In this document: positions 29,822-40,406 of the stretch, piece by piece | Layout: every line of letters starts with the position of its first letter | How positions within the stretch are numbered: the stretch's first letter is position 1 | Notes under the pieces: model-generated | What the model saw: only the letters and a program-made list of their open reading frames with translations | What the model was told of the DNA's origin: nothing | The model's database searches: none | Translations under genes and position numbers: made by a program | Assembly: GCA_964486045.1 (NCBI GenBank) | Contig: CAZALK010000005.1 | Span: forward strand, 64,001-128,000 | From: an uncultured archaeon | Lineage (GTDB): Archaea; Asgardarchaeota; Lokiarchaeia; Sigyniarchaeales; SOKP01 | Direction of reading: 5' to 3' | DNA length: 64,000 bases

Positions 29822-30919
29822 TTACTCCATCGCTTGCGTCTTATTTAAAGCAAACTTGATACTAATGATTGTTCCACCGATAAGACATGCCATAATTTGT
29901 AATAGAATCCCTCCAGTTTCGGCAGTATATGGACCAATTGATACTTGATTAGCTACATTTGAGATGAAAAGAGAAGAAATGCGAATAAAAAGTACAAATA
30001 GAAGGATCAATGAGCCAGAAACCTCACTTATATTGAACAGAATGGTCGTTTTCTCTTCTCCCTCGTTTTTCTGTTTTTCGATTTTAACACCAAATCGATA
30101 ACCGATATTCCCGAATGAATAAATAAGAAGAAATAGACTGGAAAGGAAGTCAAACCAGAGTGCGATAGGTACAAGTCCTAATCCAATTCCTGAGGTTTTA
30201 TTCATAAATAAGACTGAATAAAAGGCTGTATAGACTATTACGAACAAACTATTTAATACAGCTAGTTTAACATCCCTTTCGCGAAAGAAGCGAACTATTC
30301 CTATAATGGGAATTACAATAAGGAAAATTGGACCTACAAGACCGAACATCTGAAGCTCAAAAGGAATGTTAGGTTTAAGAATATAATTAAGATAAAATGT
30401 GAAGAATAAGCCAGCAGAAATACCCCAAAGTATGAGAAAGGTAATGAAGCGCAAATTTAACTTGGATTTTCCCAAAGAAGTTGAGATTTTATTTTGAATC
30501 TTTTTAGATAGTTCGTGAAAGACAAGCAAGGCTAAAATCGCTGATAGTCCTGCCCAGGTTGTAAAGGGTATAAAATAAATAACAACAAAAATATCAGTTG
30601 GAAACCAAATTGCAGCTACGAAGCTGACAATATGGAGTAAAATCAATTTAAAATATGTGTTTCCGCGTTGAAGCCAATGACGGGCGGGTTTAATTAGGTA
30701 TACAACAAGAAGCACAATTAAGAAAATTGCATATGTCACTAAGAGATAAAATGAAATTAAATACACATCAAAACTATTAGTAATATCTGGAATTTTGGCC
30801 TGATATCCGCCGATTAATATGAGAAGGCTATAAAGAATTAAAAATGGAACTGAGGTTAAAAATGAATATTTCAACACCGGTTTTTTTAATACATATTTAA
30901 GCCCTTCTATGAATTCCAA
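29822..30919 (-). CDS. Polytopic membrane protein
   Basis: About 10 hydrophobic segments. Confidence 0.7.
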   Translation of the reverse strand: MEFIEGLKYVLKKPVLKYSFLTSVPFLILYSLLILIGGYQAKIPDITNSFDVYLISFYLLVTYAIFLIVLLVVYLIKPARHWLQRGNTYFKLILLHIVSFVAAIWFPTDIFVVIYFIPFTTWAGLSAILALLVFHELSKKIQNKISTSLGKSKLNLRFITFLILWGISAGLFFTFYLNYILKPNIPFELQMFGLVGPIFLIVIPIIGIVRFFRERDVKLAVLNSLFVIVYTAFYSVLFMNKTSGIGLGLVPIALWFDFLSSLFLLIYSFGNIGYRFGVKIEKQKNEGEEKTTILFNISEVSGSLILLFVLFIRISSLFISNVANQVSIGPYTAETGGILLQIMACLIGGTIISIKFALNKTQAME

Positions 30920-31013
30920 TAACCTATTTCTCCTTAAATCTAATTATTATACTAATCAATTTCAGATTAATAATATTTTTGTAAAAAATTAGCAAGCAAA
31001 TTAAAATTTAAAA

Positions 31014-32000
31014 CTATTGGAGGGTTATTTTCAAAAGATCTTTAGCTAAAATAGTGTTGGGAAAGATTTCTTTTGCCTCTTCAAGGAGTCCCAGGGCATC
31101 CTCTTGATATCTTGTTGAAATGTGAGTAAGAATTAACTGCTTTGCCTTCATCTCCTTGGCATCCATAGCAGCATCAACAGACGTTGAGTGTTTTTTTTCT
31201 TTCGCAATTTCAGCCAATTTTTCGGCGAATGTTGCTTCATGAATCAAAATATCTGAGTTATTACCTAAATCGATCAAGGATTTAGTTGGGCTTAAATCAC
31301 CAGAAAATGTTATTTTTCTCCCAGGCTTTTTTGGCCCGACAATTCCTTCTTTATTTGGATCAATTTTTTTTCCATTAAATTCAATAATTTCCCCTTCATG
31401 CAATTTTCTCCAAAGATTACTCTCGGGGATGCCTAACTCTCTTACTTTCTCAGGATTAAATTTTCCCAGACGAGGTTTTTCGATAAACGCATAAGCAAAA
31501 GTAATTATTGAATGATCAACTAAGGTAAATTTCACTGAAAAGTATTTCGAATCAAAAATCATATTATCCTTAATTTTAAGTTTTCTTTTAGGTATTTCAG
31601 ACTCTAGTCCTTCAAATTCCGTTATTTCATTCAATGAAGAGTTTATTTCAACAATAACAATGGGATAATTGGCTTTTAAACCAAGAATTTTTTTATGGGT
31701 ATAAAGATAGAGGAAGAGGTTTTGCGGTCCAAAAACCGTAAGAGGGGCAGTTCTATCGTTTAAACTTAAACGGAATAGAAATCCGGGAAGTCCAAGGATG
31801 TGATCTCCATGAAAATGGCTTATAAAAATCAATAAAGGTTTGTTAAATTTTAAGCCAGCTTCAGCAAATCTACGTTGGAAGTCTTCTCCACAATCAAACA
31901 ATATAATATGACTTCGATACCTAATAGCAATTGAAGATAGATTCCGTTCTCTTGTAGGAGTTGCTGCGGAGCTCCCTAAAATAATAAGGTCTAGACTCAT
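31014..32000 (-). CDS. rnz: Ribonuclease Z
   Basis: LGSSAATPT, FDCGE, SHFHGDHILG, HEAT, KHST and THISTRY motifs plus the flexible arm. Confidence 0.93.
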   Translation of the reverse strand: MSLDLIILGSSAATPTRERNLSSIAIRYRSHIILFDCGEDFQRRFAEAGLKFNKPLLIFISHFHGDHILGLPGFLFRLSLNDRTAPLTVFGPQNLFLYLYTHKKILGLKANYPIVIVEINSSLNEITEFEGLESEIPKRKLKIKDNMIFDSKYFSVKFTLVDHSIITFAYAFIEKPRLGKFNPEKVRELGIPESNLWRKLHEGEIIEFNGKKIDPNKEGIVGPKKPGRKITFSGDLSPTKSLIDLGNNSDILIHEATFAEKLAEIAKEKKHSTSVDAAMDAKEMKAKQLILTHISTRYQEDALGLLEEAKEIFPNTILAKDLLKITLQ

Positions 32001-33328
32001 CTTTTTCGTAGTTGTGCAATTTCTAATCTCTGTTCAAGATTTTGCTTTTCCAATTCTTGAACAAACCCTTTAAGCTCCTTCAGTCTTAAAGATAACTGGG
32101 GATCTTTTTGAGGAAGAGTTGGGGTTCGAATAATCTGACTATCGATTTGTTTTTGCAAATCATTTAGTTTTTGATCTCGTAAATTTAATTGATTTTCTAA
32201 TTGTCTATATCGCTTTTTAATTTGGACTGCCTCATTCTTAATTGTCTCAATTTCTCCTTCTTTGGTTTTTAATTGTTTCTGTAAAAACATTGCCATCTCT
32301 CTTTGCATTTTTAATTTTCCTTCCATCTCTTTCTGGGTTTCGCCTGTTCCGGATATTTCACCACTTTTATACTTCATAATTTGTTCCTGAAGTGATTTCA
32401 CTTGAAATTTTGATTTGTTTAATTGATTTTGCAAATCTTCTCTTAATGTTTTGATCATTTCTGATGATACGACATCAATTTGATCAGATTTTTCAGAGAT
32501 TTTACCTTTTGAGATTTTTTCATTTCTTAAATTTTCAATTTCAGTATTTTTTGTATCTATGAGATCGTTTAGTTCCTTAACTTGATCTTCTAACTTATTG
32601 ATTTTTGTGATATCACTTTTTTTTCCTGATTTTTTAGCTTTTTTTGACAGTTTCTGCTTGAATTCGATTATTTCCCTCTTAGACTTATTAAGCTGTTTCT
32701 GAAGATCTTCTATTAATTTTTTTGCTACCGAATCACCACTTTCACTATCAGAAGGAGAGCCCAGCTCTTTCAATTTTAGGTTTAGATCATTGATTTCTGA
32801 TTTATAAATTTCGATAAGATTCTCATTTTCCTTTAGTTTTTCATCAAATTTTTCCGCCTCTTTGACGTGACGTCTTAGCTGAGTTATTTCTGATTTTTGT
32901 TTGTTCACTATATCCTGTAAATCTTTTACTAGGGCATTTAAAGGAGCTTGTTGCCTAAAATCTTCTACTCTGATAACATTTGATTCTTCATGGAGTTTTC
33001 TAAATTTATCAAATTCTTGTTGAAGTCGGACTTTTTCTTTTCTTAGAAAACCCATTCTATCCTTTAAATCCCTGATATCTTCATCTTTTTCTTTAAATTT
33101 GAGAGCCAATTTTGAATTAAATGCTTGCTTCTTTTTGCTTTTTTTTTTCCCGCTTTCTTCAGGTGCAAGAGTTTGTAATTCCGTGATTTCTGCATCTAGT
33201 TGTTCTAGTTTGTAGAGATAATCGATAATTTCATTATCTCTATCTGCAAGTTCTTCCTCGAGTTCGCTAATTCTAGCCTCTAGTTCACCAATTCTGGCTT
33301 CAAGTGTCACTTCTGGCATATTTAACAA
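31997..33328 (-). CDS. Long coiled-coil protein
   Basis: Heptad-rich E/K/L/Q sequence; stop overlaps the rnz start (ATGA). Confidence 0.8.
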   Translation of the reverse strand: MLNMPEVTLEARIGELEARISELEEELADRDNEIIDYLYKLEQLDAEITELQTLAPEESGKKKSKKKQAFNSKLALKFKEKDEDIRDLKDRMGFLRKEKVRLQQEFDKFRKLHEESNVIRVEDFRQQAPLNALVKDLQDIVNKQKSEITQLRRHVKEAEKFDEKLKENENLIEIYKSEINDLNLKLKELGSPSDSESGDSVAKKLIEDLQKQLNKSKREIIEFKQKLSKKAKKSGKKSDITKINKLEDQVKELNDLIDTKNTEIENLRNEKISKGKISEKSDQIDVVSSEMIKTLREDLQNQLNKSKFQVKSLQEQIMKYKSGEISGTGETQKEMEGKLKMQREMAMFLQKQLKTKEGEIETIKNEAVQIKKRYRQLENQLNLRDQKLNDLQKQIDSQIIRTPTLPQKDPQLSLRLKELKGFVQELEKQNLEQRLEIAQLRKR

Positions 33329-33432
33329 TCAACTATTTCTGGAAATTAATTTATTAATAAGAATATAGATTTTAAAATTTAACTCATTCTGTTTTATAAA
33401 TATTTTCTAACTATATAAGAAATAAGAAAATC

Positions 33433-35346
33433 TTAATATAAATCAAAATCTTTAATGGAAAATTTATTAATTTTTCTCATTATAGGAATAAGGCTGAGAT
33501 AATTAAATATTATAAATACAACCATTATAATAGTAAATATTGTAAGAGGAATATATAATGGAGGTAAGTAGACACGACCAAAAATAATGACCGAATTGAG
33601 TATCATGCCAATGCTTAAACTTATTAAAAGTGATGGAATAATGACAAATAAAGATTCAAAAAATAATATTCTTTTTAATGACTTGTTCTTAGCACCTACT
33701 GCTCTCATAATTAAGAAATCTCTTGCTTTTTCTATAATACCACCTTTTTGATAGTTATATAATACTAACACAGCTAGAATTGCTATTACAACTATTAAGA
33801 ACATGGGGTATAAAGAAAGATTTGACATAAAACTCAGATTTTTCCTGAATGTAGCATCTAATTTTAAATGAGTAAAATTAGTTCCTAATGTTAGGGATAT
33901 ATTGTCGAGTTCATTTTTGACTTCTTCATAAGATTCGGGCTTATATTTTAAAACAAGTAAATTTATTTCGTCATTCATTAGGTTAAGTATCAATCGGGAT
34001 TCGTTTATACCCATATAAGCAACCCAACCGGAGTAGAAACTGTCGATAACAACTCCGCTAATATGATATGAATTGCCAAAGGAACTAAGTTCTAAACTCT
34101 GATCTAAAGCATAATCGAACAAATTGTGAGCCAAACCATCCCCAATCGTAATATTATCTATTGCACCCTCATTAGTGAAAAAATTACCCTCCATTTCAAA
34201 GTTTTGGATAATTTGTTCTGGATTAACGCCAATAATTGGAATATCTGCTTCTCGATTTTGTCCAACTTGCCTAAATTCTTCTAATTCTGCAAAAAAATGT
34301 AATCCCAGCTTTTCTTCTACTTCATAAAAATTAATTAATCTCTCATCAAATTCTTCTACACCTTCAAAGCTTTTAATTTCATTTACTGCACTTAGATTAA
34401 ATAAATATTTTGAGTCTGTAAAGTTGATAACAGTATCATCTATTAAGATCTCCGGATTAGAAAACATCTGATACATTAGAGAATAATTATAGATGACTTC
34501 TTGATGCCCAAATATTACAATGTTTTCATTTTGAGACCTATGAATCCATTCCTCTGATGATGTTCTCAAAACAATTATACCTAATCCAAGAGTAAAGACA
34601 ATAATAGAAATTAATGAAAAAACAATCAGATATCTTCGAAATTCTCCCTTTCTTCTTAAAGTATTAGTAATTGACATTTTAATATTAATACCAAATGATG
34701 AAAGCCATTTTGGGATAAATTGGATTTTCTTCAAAGCATTGTAGTTATAAGGGATATCTTTTGAGAACGTTTTCATTATCTTTTCTTTCCCAATTTTTCT
34801 TAGGGTATAGCCTGTTACAATATAAATGCTAAAAAAGCAAGAAACAAATAAAATTGAGGTAAAAAGAACGTCAATTTGAAAGTTAATAGATATAAAGAAA
34901 CTATTCATAATCAAACTAAATATACCGAACGAAACCAGACCACATATTAACCCAAGGAAGAAACCTATAAGGAATATTATATAAACTTCGAGAAGATAAA
35001 AACTATACAGCCTACGGGGTAGCGTACCTAAAGCTTTCATAATCCCAATATCTTTTTTTTTGTTGATAATATGAGTTGTCGTAATTGTGACTACAATAAA
35101 GACTGCTAGAATCATAAACAAAATCTGAATTAGCGTGTTAAACTGTGTATATACAAGATTAATGCTTCCCGAGAAAAAATAATCATTGGAAAAAAGAGAT
35201 TTGGTAAAGATATTTAAACCTAAAGAGGAAGTAAAGTATATTAAGAACTCTGTAACTGCTATCACAAAAATTATTACTATTAAATAAGGAAAAGTTTGGT
35301 TTTTTTTACGATAGAAATCTTTAAGAGCAAAATCAAATGATGACAT
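33433..35346 (-). CDS. ABC transporter permease (FtsX/MacB family)
   Basis: Two FtsX motifs (KKKDIGIMKALG; RDFLIMRAVGA). Confidence 0.85.
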   Translation of the reverse strand: MSSFDFALKDFYRKKNQTFPYLIVIIFVIAVTEFLIYFTSSLGLNIFTKSLFSNDYFFSGSINLVYTQFNTLIQILFMILAVFIVVTITTTHIINKKKDIGIMKALGTLPRRLYSFYLLEVYIIFLIGFFLGLICGLVSFGIFSLIMNSFFISINFQIDVLFTSILFVSCFFSIYIVTGYTLRKIGKEKIMKTFSKDIPYNYNALKKIQFIPKWLSSFGINIKMSITNTLRRKGEFRRYLIVFSLISIIVFTLGLGIIVLRTSSEEWIHRSQNENIVIFGHQEVIYNYSLMYQMFSNPEILIDDTVINFTDSKYLFNLSAVNEIKSFEGVEEFDERLINFYEVEEKLGLHFFAELEEFRQVGQNREADIPIIGVNPEQIIQNFEMEGNFFTNEGAIDNITIGDGLAHNLFDYALDQSLELSSFGNSYHISGVVIDSFYSGWVAYMGINESRLILNLMNDEINLLVLKYKPESYEEVKNELDNISLTLGTNFTHLKLDATFRKNLSFMSNLSLYPMFLIVVIAILAVLVLYNYQKGGIIEKARDFLIMRAVGAKNKSLKRILFFESLFVIIPSLLISLSIGMILNSVIIFGRVYLPPLYIPLTIFTIIMVVFIIFNYLSLIPIMRKINKFSIKDFDLY

Positions 35347-35369
35347 TTGTGGGTTTTTAGATTTTTTTT

Positions 35370-36128
35370 CTAATTTAGGTTTCTTTCTTCTTCAATTATT
35401 TTCCCCTGATCAAATAAAATGACTTTGTCTGCAAGTGCTATTAAATCATCATCGTGGGTTGCAATTATGATTGTATTTTCACTATTTCTTAATTCTTTAA
35501 AAAGATCTCTAATAAAATGACTGGATTTTTTATCTAAATTCGCAGTAGGTTCATCAGCAAATATCACAGGGGGTTCATTTGCTAAGGCTCTAGCGATGGC
35601 TACTCTTTGCTGTTCACCTGCAGATAATTGGAAAGGTAAATGTTCTCTCCTATCACCAAGTCTCATCTTTTTTAATAATTTTGCTGCTCGATTTCTTTGT
35701 TCTTCAAATTTCATACCTGAGAGATTCATAGGAAACATCACATTTTCTTCAGCTGTTAGAGTGCTAATAAGATAATAATTTTGGAAGATGAATCCTGAAT
35801 TTATCAATCGAAATAAAGTTAAAGACTCTTGATCCATATCAGAAATTTTTACACCTTGGTTGTATATAATCCCAGAATTAGGAGAATCTAAACCCCCTAA
35901 TAGATTTAACAATGTTGTCTTTCCAGCACCGCTCGGACCTTTAATGGCAAGGCATTCACCATTCTTTACATTTAATGATACATTATCAACTGCTTTCACA
36001 ATAAAATCTCCAATTTCATAATGTTTTACGATTTCCTTACCTATAATAATCAGATCTTTCTCAATTAACTCCTTAGCCAAGTTTTTTTCACTTAAATTCT
36101 GGAGTTTTTCTATTGGATCCTCATCCAT
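35370..36128 (-). CDS. ABC transporter ATP-binding protein (LolD-like)
   Basis: GPSGAGKT, LSAGEQQRVAIARAL, ADEPTANLD. Confidence 0.92.
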   Translation of the reverse strand: MDEDPIEKLQNLSEKNLAKELIEKDLIIIGKEIVKHYEIGDFIVKAVDNVSLNVKNGECLAIKGPSGAGKTTLLNLLGGLDSPNSGIIYNQGVKISDMDQESLTLFRLINSGFIFQNYYLISTLTAEENVMFPMNLSGMKFEEQRNRAAKLLKKMRLGDRREHLPFQLSAGEQQRVAIARALANEPPVIFADEPTANLDKKSSHFIRDLFKELRNSENTIIIATHDDDLIALADKVILFDQGKIIEEERNLN

Positions 36129-36321
36129 TTCTCATTCCTCTCCAGTTTCAACTAATTTTAAGATCAGATTCGACCTTGCTAACATTTATATTCTTATGTT
36201 CACCAATTATACGAAGTTTACGCTGAACATAAATTTTGATGTAAAGAATTAATATTGTATTTTAATAATTTATGTTTGAATTTAAAATAAATTTAAATAT
36301 TAAAGTGTCATATTAATATTT

Positions 36322-36458
36322 CAGAGGGAAGATCGAGAAAATTATAAAATATCCCCTAATTTCCTAATTAAAATGGTAAGTAACTAAATTTAAAACAAAG
36401 TCTTAAACTTCCTTTTTAAGATTTTGATTTTTTCTCATCTCCCTCGTTCTCTTTTTTT
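36322..36458 (+). ncRNA. Candidate small structured RNA
   Basis: TTTAAATA at 36292; 5' GAGGGAAGATCGAGAAAA (36324-41) pairs with TTTTCTCATCTCCCTC (36430-45); inner hairpin 36397-36425; T7 at 36452-58. Confidence 0.4.
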
Positions 36459-36577
36459 AATTCAAGCCCTAAATAAGTGAATTTCACTAATTTTAAAAAA
36501 TAAAATTTAAAGGATTGTCTTAATTTATTACCAAATATAGTTATTAAGGAATACTTACATCGATAGTGAAGATTTTT

Positions 36578-37213
36578 ATGGAATTTGAAAAATTAACTGA
36601 ACTGATCATTGAACTAGAGGTTGATGACATAGCTGATGCTGTAAAAGAAGCATTAGATGAAGGTAAAGAACCTTTTGATGTTATGGATGCTTTAACAAAA
36701 GGAATGGATGAAGTTGGTAAAAGATATGAAGAAAAAGAATACTATCTCACTGAACTAGTTTTAGCAGGAGAAACAATGAAAGAGGCATTTACAATTTTAA
36801 AACCTGCCTTAGCGGCTTCAGATACATCTACAGATAAAGTTAAAATAATTATAGGGACTGTTAAAGGAGATAATCACGATATTGGAAAAAATATTCTTGG
36901 TTCTCTCTTACTGAGCTCTGGATTCGAAATCTATGATTTAGGTATGGATGTGGATGAAAATACAATAGTAGAAACAGTTAAAGAAACAGGTGCCACTATT
37001 GTGGCGTTAAGTTCATTACTTACAATGACTGTAGAACATATAAAAGTTGTCCACGAGGCTTTAATAGCTGCAGGAATTCGAGATAAGGTAAAATTAATTG
37101 TGGGTGGTGCTCCATTAAATGAAGAACTCGCGAAAAAACTGGGAGCAGATGATTTTGCCGATGATGCAGTGGATGGAGTTAGACATATAAAAAAATTAGC
37201 GGGAAAAGGTTAA
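36578..37213 (+). CDS. Methyltransferase cognate corrinoid (B12-binding) protein
   Basis: GTVKGDNHDIGKN, SSLLT and VGGAP motifs with the N-terminal cap domain. Confidence 0.92.
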   Translation: MEFEKLTELIIELEVDDIADAVKEALDEGKEPFDVMDALTKGMDEVGKRYEEKEYYLTELVLAGETMKEAFTILKPALAASDTSTDKVKIIIGTVKGDNHDIGKNILGSLLLSSGFEIYDLGMDVDENTIVETVKETGATIVALSSLLTMTVEHIKVVHEALIAAGIRDKVKLIVGGAPLNEELAKKLGADDFADDAVDGVRHIKKLAGKG

Positions 37214-37436
37214 GCTAATGAAATTTTAGTTTTTTATTGTATTTTAAAGACTTTCTTACTTTTTTTAATTAGAATTTTTGAGAGATTTATATTTTAAAAG
37301 ACCTTTATTTTAACTAGTTTATCTCAATTTTATTATTTTTCTTGAAATTGATTAAAATATAATGAGAACATTTATACTTTTTTATATTCCTTTATATCCC
37401 AAGGACCATAAAACAATATAGAGTTAACTTGAATAA

Positions 37437-37706
37437 ATGGAGGATAAAATTATGTCTGACGTAGAAAATAAGGAAATTGAATATGATGAACTCCTCGACA
37501 CAAGGGGCACGTATTGTCCACAACCCTTATTTGAAGTTAGAAATTTAAGTGAGAATCTTGAAATCGGACAGTGCTTTAAAGTCCTCGCAGATGATCCAGC
37601 AGCAGAAGAAGATCTTAAACGATGGGCCAAAAGAACAGAAACTAAATTGGTTGAATTTCAAAAAGATGGAGAAGATCTTATCTTTTACTTCAAAAAAGTT
37701 AAATAA
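37437..37706 (+). CDS. tusA: TusA/SirA sulfur carrier
   Basis: LDTRGTYCPQP and ADDPAA motifs; start probably ATG at 37452. Confidence 0.88.
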   Translation: MEDKIMSDVENKEIEYDELLDTRGTYCPQPLFEVRNLSENLEIGQCFKVLADDPAAEEDLKRWAKRTETKLVEFQKDGEDLIFYFKKVK

Positions 37707-38914
37707 TGGAGAAGAAAATTGTGAGTGTTTATTTAGATCATCAGGCAGCGAAACCGGTCGATGTTCGAGTCATTTCAGAGATGATTATTTATTTAAATCA
37801 AAAATTCGCCAACCCCTCATCTCTTCATTGTGAAGGAGATGATGCTACAGATGCTTTAGTAGAATTTCGTCGTAAAGTCGCTGAATTCATAAATGCCCCA
37901 GATCCAAGTTCAATTATATTCACATCAGGAGCAACTGAATCGAATAATCTTGCGTTAATCGGAGCAGCAATGAGATACAAAAAGAAAGGGAATCATATCA
38001 TAATTTCAGAGATAGAACATATTTCGATTTTAAATATTGCAAAGTATTTAGGACGACAAGGGTTTGAAGTTAGTAGAGTTCCTGTTGATCAGTATGGGAT
38101 TATTAGGCTTGATAAGCTTGAAAGATTAGTTACCGATAAGACCATTTTAATTTCCATCTCTACTGCGAGTAATGAAGTTGGATCCATTCAACCTATAAAG
38201 GAAATTAGCGATATTGCCATAAAAAATAAAGTCCTTTTTCATACTGATGCTGTAGCTAGTGAAAGTGTTATACCACTCGATGTTCAAGAAATTCCGGTTG
38301 ATCTGGTAACGTTATCATCAAATGAGATCTATGGACCGAGAGGTGTAGGTGCCTTATACTTGAAAAAGGGAATAAGAGTAAATCCGATAATAATTGGTGG
38401 AGGTCAGGAAAAAGGATTGAGATCTGGCTCCGAAAATATTCCAGGGATTGTAGGATTTGGAAAAGCTGCAGAAATAATGAAGGCTGAAATAAACGAGGAA
38501 TCTGTTAGACTAAGCTCTTTAAGAGATAAGTTAATTAATGGGATATTGGATACCATTCCAAAGTCTCATTTGAATGGTCATCCTGAAAAGAGACTACCTC
38601 ATAATGCACATTTTAGATTTGATTATATTGAGGGTGAATCTTTGATCCTCGGTCTGAAGGATGAAAAAATAGCCGCAGCCACAGGTTCGGCATGCTCATC
38701 AAAGACTTTAGAACCTTCCCATACTTTAATTTCTATGGGTTTACTGCATGAAGAAGCCCATGGGTCACTTGTGGTGTCTCTAGGAAGGGATACAAAAGAA
38801 GCACATATAGATAAATTAATTGAAAAACTACCGAAAATTGTTAAAAGGTTACGATTATTATCTCCCTTAACTCCTCCAGATTTAGTGAAAAATTACGACA
38901 AGGTGAATTATTAA
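37706..38914 (+). CDS. iscS: IscS/NifS-family protein with the PLP lysine replaced
   Basis: YLDH, FTSGATESNN, HTDA, GGGQE, TGSACSS; SSNEIYGP in place of SxHKxxGP. Confidence 0.88.
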   Translation: MEKKIVSVYLDHQAAKPVDVRVISEMIIYLNQKFANPSSLHCEGDDATDALVEFRRKVAEFINAPDPSSIIFTSGATESNNLALIGAAMRYKKKGNHIIISEIEHISILNIAKYLGRQGFEVSRVPVDQYGIIRLDKLERLVTDKTILISISTASNEVGSIQPIKEISDIAIKNKVLFHTDAVASESVIPLDVQEIPVDLVTLSSNEIYGPRGVGALYLKKGIRVNPIIIGGGQEKGLRSGSENIPGIVGFGKAAEIMKAEINEESVRLSSLRDKLINGILDTIPKSHLNGHPEKRLPHNAHFRFDYIEGESLILGLKDEKIAAATGSACSSKTLEPSHTLISMGLLHEEAHGSLVVSLGRDTKEAHIDKLIEKLPKIVKRLRLLSPLTPPDLVKNYDKVNY

Positions 38915-38915
38915 A

Positions 38916-39716
38916 TTGAAATCAACACAATATACTGAAAAAGTTATGGATCATTTCCGAAATCCCCGAAATGTGGGTGTAATTGAGAGTCCTGACGGTT
39001 CGGGCGAAGTAGGTAATCCGGTTTGTGGAGATCTTATGTCTATTACTATTAAAGTTGGGAAAGATGAAGCTGGTGAAGAGATAATTGAAGATATTAAATT
39101 TCAAACATTTGGTTGCGGCTCAGCTATCGCAACTTCATCAATGGTAACAACAATGGCTAAAGGAATGAAAGTTGACGATGCTTATGAAATTACTCGGAAA
39201 GATGTTGCTGAAGAATTGGATGGTTTACCCCCAATAAAGATGCATTGTTCTAACTTAGCCGCTGATGCTCTAAAAGCTGCAATTGATAATTATAGAGGAA
39301 AGGCAGAAACATTTGTAGAAGTAGAATATAGAACTTGTGAAGCATCCGAACTTAAAATAATCCTGGGTATTGATGAATTTCTTGGTAAGGGAGTTTATAA
39401 GAAGAAAATTGAAGATTTCTCTGAGTTTAATAATAAAAGAGTATTGATAATTGACACGGGTGATGATTCTTTAGAGTATGCTCTAGAATTGACGAATCAT
39501 ACAGGCAGAGTCATTGTGGTTACGTCAGCTAAATCTGTTCGCGGTGCTGAAGACTTGCGGAGAAGAATAAAGAGGTCTGATGTAAAGATGATACATCAAT
39601 CTGATCTTTTAGAAGTTATAGGGACAGACGATGTTGAAAAAGTAAAAATACATGATTTTGATGAAGATGAGAATTACGAGCTCTTCATAGACGTAGTAAT
39701 AATTCTTGAGGAATAA
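38916..39716 (+). CDS. iscU: IscU/NifU scaffold fused to a degenerate thioredoxin-reductase NAD(P)-binding domain
   Basis: NPVCGD, FGCGSA and LPPIKMHC, then ILGIDEFLGKGV..KRVLIIDTGDDSLEYALEL..VEKVKI. Confidence 0.85.
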   Translation: MKSTQYTEKVMDHFRNPRNVGVIESPDGSGEVGNPVCGDLMSITIKVGKDEAGEEIIEDIKFQTFGCGSAIATSSMVTTMAKGMKVDDAYEITRKDVAEELDGLPPIKMHCSNLAADALKAAIDNYRGKAETFVEVEYRTCEASELKIILGIDEFLGKGVYKKKIEDFSEFNNKRVLIIDTGDDSLEYALELTNHTGRVIVVTSAKSVRGAEDLRRRIKRSDVKMIHQSDLLEVIGTDDVEKVKIHDFDEDENYELFIDVVIILEE

Positions 39717-39746
39717 TTGAAAAACCTTTCATCAAATATCTCGGTA

Positions 39747-39795
39747 CTTTTTTTCTCTAATTTTTAAATTTAAAATCTTAAAATAGAGATTTCAT
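39747..39795. repeat. 49-bp direct repeat C, left copy
   Basis: 46/49 identical to 40407..40455. Confidence 0.85.
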
Positions 39796-39818
39796 GAGAG
39801 ATAAATTCAAATAGTTTG

Positions 39819-40205
39819 TTAATCCCCAGCTTTCAATGTTCCAGTGAATGTTTTAAACTGCTTAAAAATGGATAATTCTCCAAATATCTTCGCAAAAATA
39901 TTGACTGCGGATGCTGCCACGGGATGATCATTTTGACTTCTAGGAGTTTTGCCAAAGAAAATAACTATGCAATCACCTTGCATCCAATACCCAATATCTC
40001 CGACTTCACAGTCGATTTGAGTATTTTCAGCTGGGATGCTTAAACCTATTTTTTCATATAACGCCTCACCCCATCTTGCTAAATTTAAATCTAATGGGAG
40101 GGCATCAATTATTGCTTTCACTGTGTTTGGATTTTTAAAATTTAACAATTTTGCCTTTATCTGTCCGATTTTATCATTTTCAATTATTATTGAATTCATA
40201 ACCAA
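39819..40205 (-). CDS. Cyclophilin-like fold protein
   Basis: PNTVKAIIDALP, RWGEALY, GDIGYW and IFFGKTP motifs. Confidence 0.8.
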   Translation of the reverse strand: MVMNSIIIENDKIGQIKAKLLNFKNPNTVKAIIDALPLDLNLARWGEALYEKIGLSIPAENTQIDCEVGDIGYWMQGDCIVIFFGKTPRSQNDHPVAASAVNIFAKIFGELSIFKQFKTFTGTLKAGD

Positions 40206-40406
40206 ATCAAAAAATTATTATTATTTAAAGATTAATATTTTTTCGTTGATTGTTTTTGGACCATATTCAAAGATATATATCAATCATAATTTACACTTAC
40301 AATTCATTATTTCTACATTTTAATCGTGATGATAAAAGTTTTTCATTCATATAGTAATAATTCTGGAGGAATCAGTATAATAACCTTTTTTTAATACAGA
40401 GAGACC

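Noticed and set aside
36322-36458. Cobalamin riboswitch call
   Set aside because: No B12-box or other conserved riboswitch motif recognisable
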